From: Bugula neritina
Lineage: Eukaryota > Animalia > Bryozoa
Direction: 5' to 3'
Assembly (NCBI GenBank): GCA_964035545.1
Contig: OZ037766.1
Span: 31,052,773-31,116,772 of the forward strand
Length of the DNA: 64,000 nucleotides
Part shown: in pieces, positions 62,401-64,000 of the stretch
How the letters are laid out: each line of letters begins with the position of its first letter
Position numbering within the stretch: position 1 is the stretch's first letter
Position numbers and translations under genes: made by a program
Notes under the pieces: model-generated
The model's database searches: none
Told to the model about the DNA's origin: nothing
What the model saw: the letters and a program-made list of their open reading frames with translations, nothing else

Positions 62401-64000
62401 AGCTGAGTCACACTAGCTGAGTCACACTAGCTGAGTCACACTAGCTGAGTCACACTAGCTGAGTCACACTAGCTGAGTCACACTAGCTGAGTCACACTAG
62501 CTGAGTCACACTAGCTGAGTCATACTAGCTGAGTCACACTAGCTGAGTCACACTAGTTAACCAAAGAGATGAAGACACCCGTTGAAAATCTGTTCTGGTC
62601 TCAGATACAGACATCATGTGTGAGCGTGATGCTTTTTCCATCACGCCCACACACCCAAATTTACTAAAAAATAGGATAAAACATATAAAATCAGCGAAAC
62701 TGGAAAAAAATTGCTTATTCAGCTGTATTTGTTAACATTTTATCAATTTAATGCAAAAAACTATATACATTAGCGGCTAAACTGTGAAAAATAGCTAAAA
62801 GCTAGAGATATATAGCGTGTCATAAATTATGTTAAGTGACCCATTTACAAGACAACATGCATGCAGTGCTTCTGCAGCTGCTATAAGGACTGATTATTCA
62901 TGATTCTACACAGAATATAAAAGTTTAGTCACAATTAAATAGTAATACAATAAGACAATAAAAATGAACACCACACAGTCACACTATGTGACTCATTAAC
63001 AAAAACTGTTCAATGGTAAAGTGAAGAATGTCCTATAAACTTTTACTCAACATCCTATTGTGGCGATAAAACTCTCAGGTAGCAGTGAACGTACCTGGGT
63101 GAGAAGTTACTCTCTGGTAGAACACAGCATTCTTGGGAGGTACGTCTGCAGTGACTGATTTGCTCTGAGCAACTCGCTGAACTGCAGCCTCTCTTTGAGA
63201 TATCTCTATGTTAGTGGACGGCGCTGGAGCGGATACTTGGCGAGCCAGTTGAGGGTTCTGAGAATGAGGCTAAAAACAGTCACGCAACGATATGTTGTAG
63301 TGATATGATATGCTGTAACGATATGATACAATGTGATATGATGTAAGTTTACAGTATGATGTGCTGTATTGTGGCTTTCAGCACATCAACCGTTATCAAC
63401 TCTTGCAGTATTAAGATATCAGAATACTCAAGTATGGCACTGAATTAAATGTCAACAAGCTTACATTAAAAAGACAAAATATTCCCCCAGATTAATAAAC
63501 CTTTACTTCATCTATTTCTGTGCCAAAATAATATATTGTAATGCAGGGAAATAGAACAAGACTACAACTAATAGCTGTGAGTTGGTCAGACAGTGTCTAT
63601 GGTAGTAGCGGTGGTTGGTTAGCCAATCAGTGTCTATGGTAGTAGTGGTGGTTGGTTAGCCAATCAGTGTCTATGGTAAGAGTGAGGGAGAGCCAATCAG
63701 CACCTGATTAGTAGGAGTGAGGGAGGGAGAGCCAACCATCTGTATGCCGAGCAGACGTCCAGCGTTGCTAGGAGCTCCGAGGGACGAAGGTTCCAACTTT
63801 ATTCCCTTCATTTGATGTGAAATGGGGAGAGATTTTCCGGTTAACTGAAACACATGATGTCATATGGTTAGTGTGAATGTTGCTACCTTCAAAAGGTCAA
63901 GGAGAAAACCTAGTAGCCACATCTAAGACAATGATAGCTTAGCATGCTATTACAGGTAATAATCCATCATACCTTAGTCTGAGTGTATTGTACTGCAGGT
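59468..64000 (-). CDS. 3' exons of an unidentified gene encoding a low-complexity Ser/Thr/Gly/Pro/Gln-rich, probably disordered nuclear protein; 5' part beyond the window
   Basis: Exons >64000-63973, 63844-63704, 63269-63095, 61677-61522, 61260-61024, 60789-60661, 60455-60355, 59989-59893, 59745-59468; all phase-compatible GT-AG. Contains an IKLE SUMO-type motif; no recognisable folded domain in the window. Confidence 0.75.
61699..62556 (+). repeat. 14-bp minisatellite, about 61 copies, intronic
   Basis: Unit CTAGCTGAGTCACA with variants CCGAG, CTGGG and CATA; begins about 20 nt from the acceptor of exon 61677-61522. Confidence 0.97.

Noticed and set aside
59468-64000. Assigning a gene name to the minus-strand low-complexity gene
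   Set aside because: No diagnostic domain within the window.

Overview
AT-rich metazoan (invertebrate) genomic DNA with GT-AG introns. I assembled the gene models by hand, checking splice phases. In order: the 3' end of a CHST15-like sulfotransferase (+); complete 8-exon RFC3 (-); an intronless ankyrin-repeat-only gene (-); and its tandem paralogue, whose ankyrin exon splices in frame onto a complete QACGG caspase domain (ANK-caspase, about 787 aa, -). Next is a 28-kb type II transmembrane SEA/mucin/chitin-binding gene (+), then a type I LRR receptor-like gene (+) and the 3' part of a low-complexity-protein gene (-). Repeats include a foldback-rearranged ISL2EU/Harbinger-like transposon with a nested MITE, tRNA-derived SINEs, MITEs and intronic minisatellites. 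Two candidate systems stand out. (1) The SEA gene has three mutually exclusive exons, each starting at the SEA G|S(V/I)(V/I) autoproteolysis motif. An intronic docking sequence is complementary to selector sequences upstream of the second and third exons, resembling Dscam-type competing RNA pairing, so the whole cleavable ectodomain could be swapped. (2) The ANK-caspase sits next to a caspase-less ANK-only paralogue with what looks like a mutated splice donor, suggesting a sensor-protease/decoy pair. All models are from sequence alone and need transcript confirmation.
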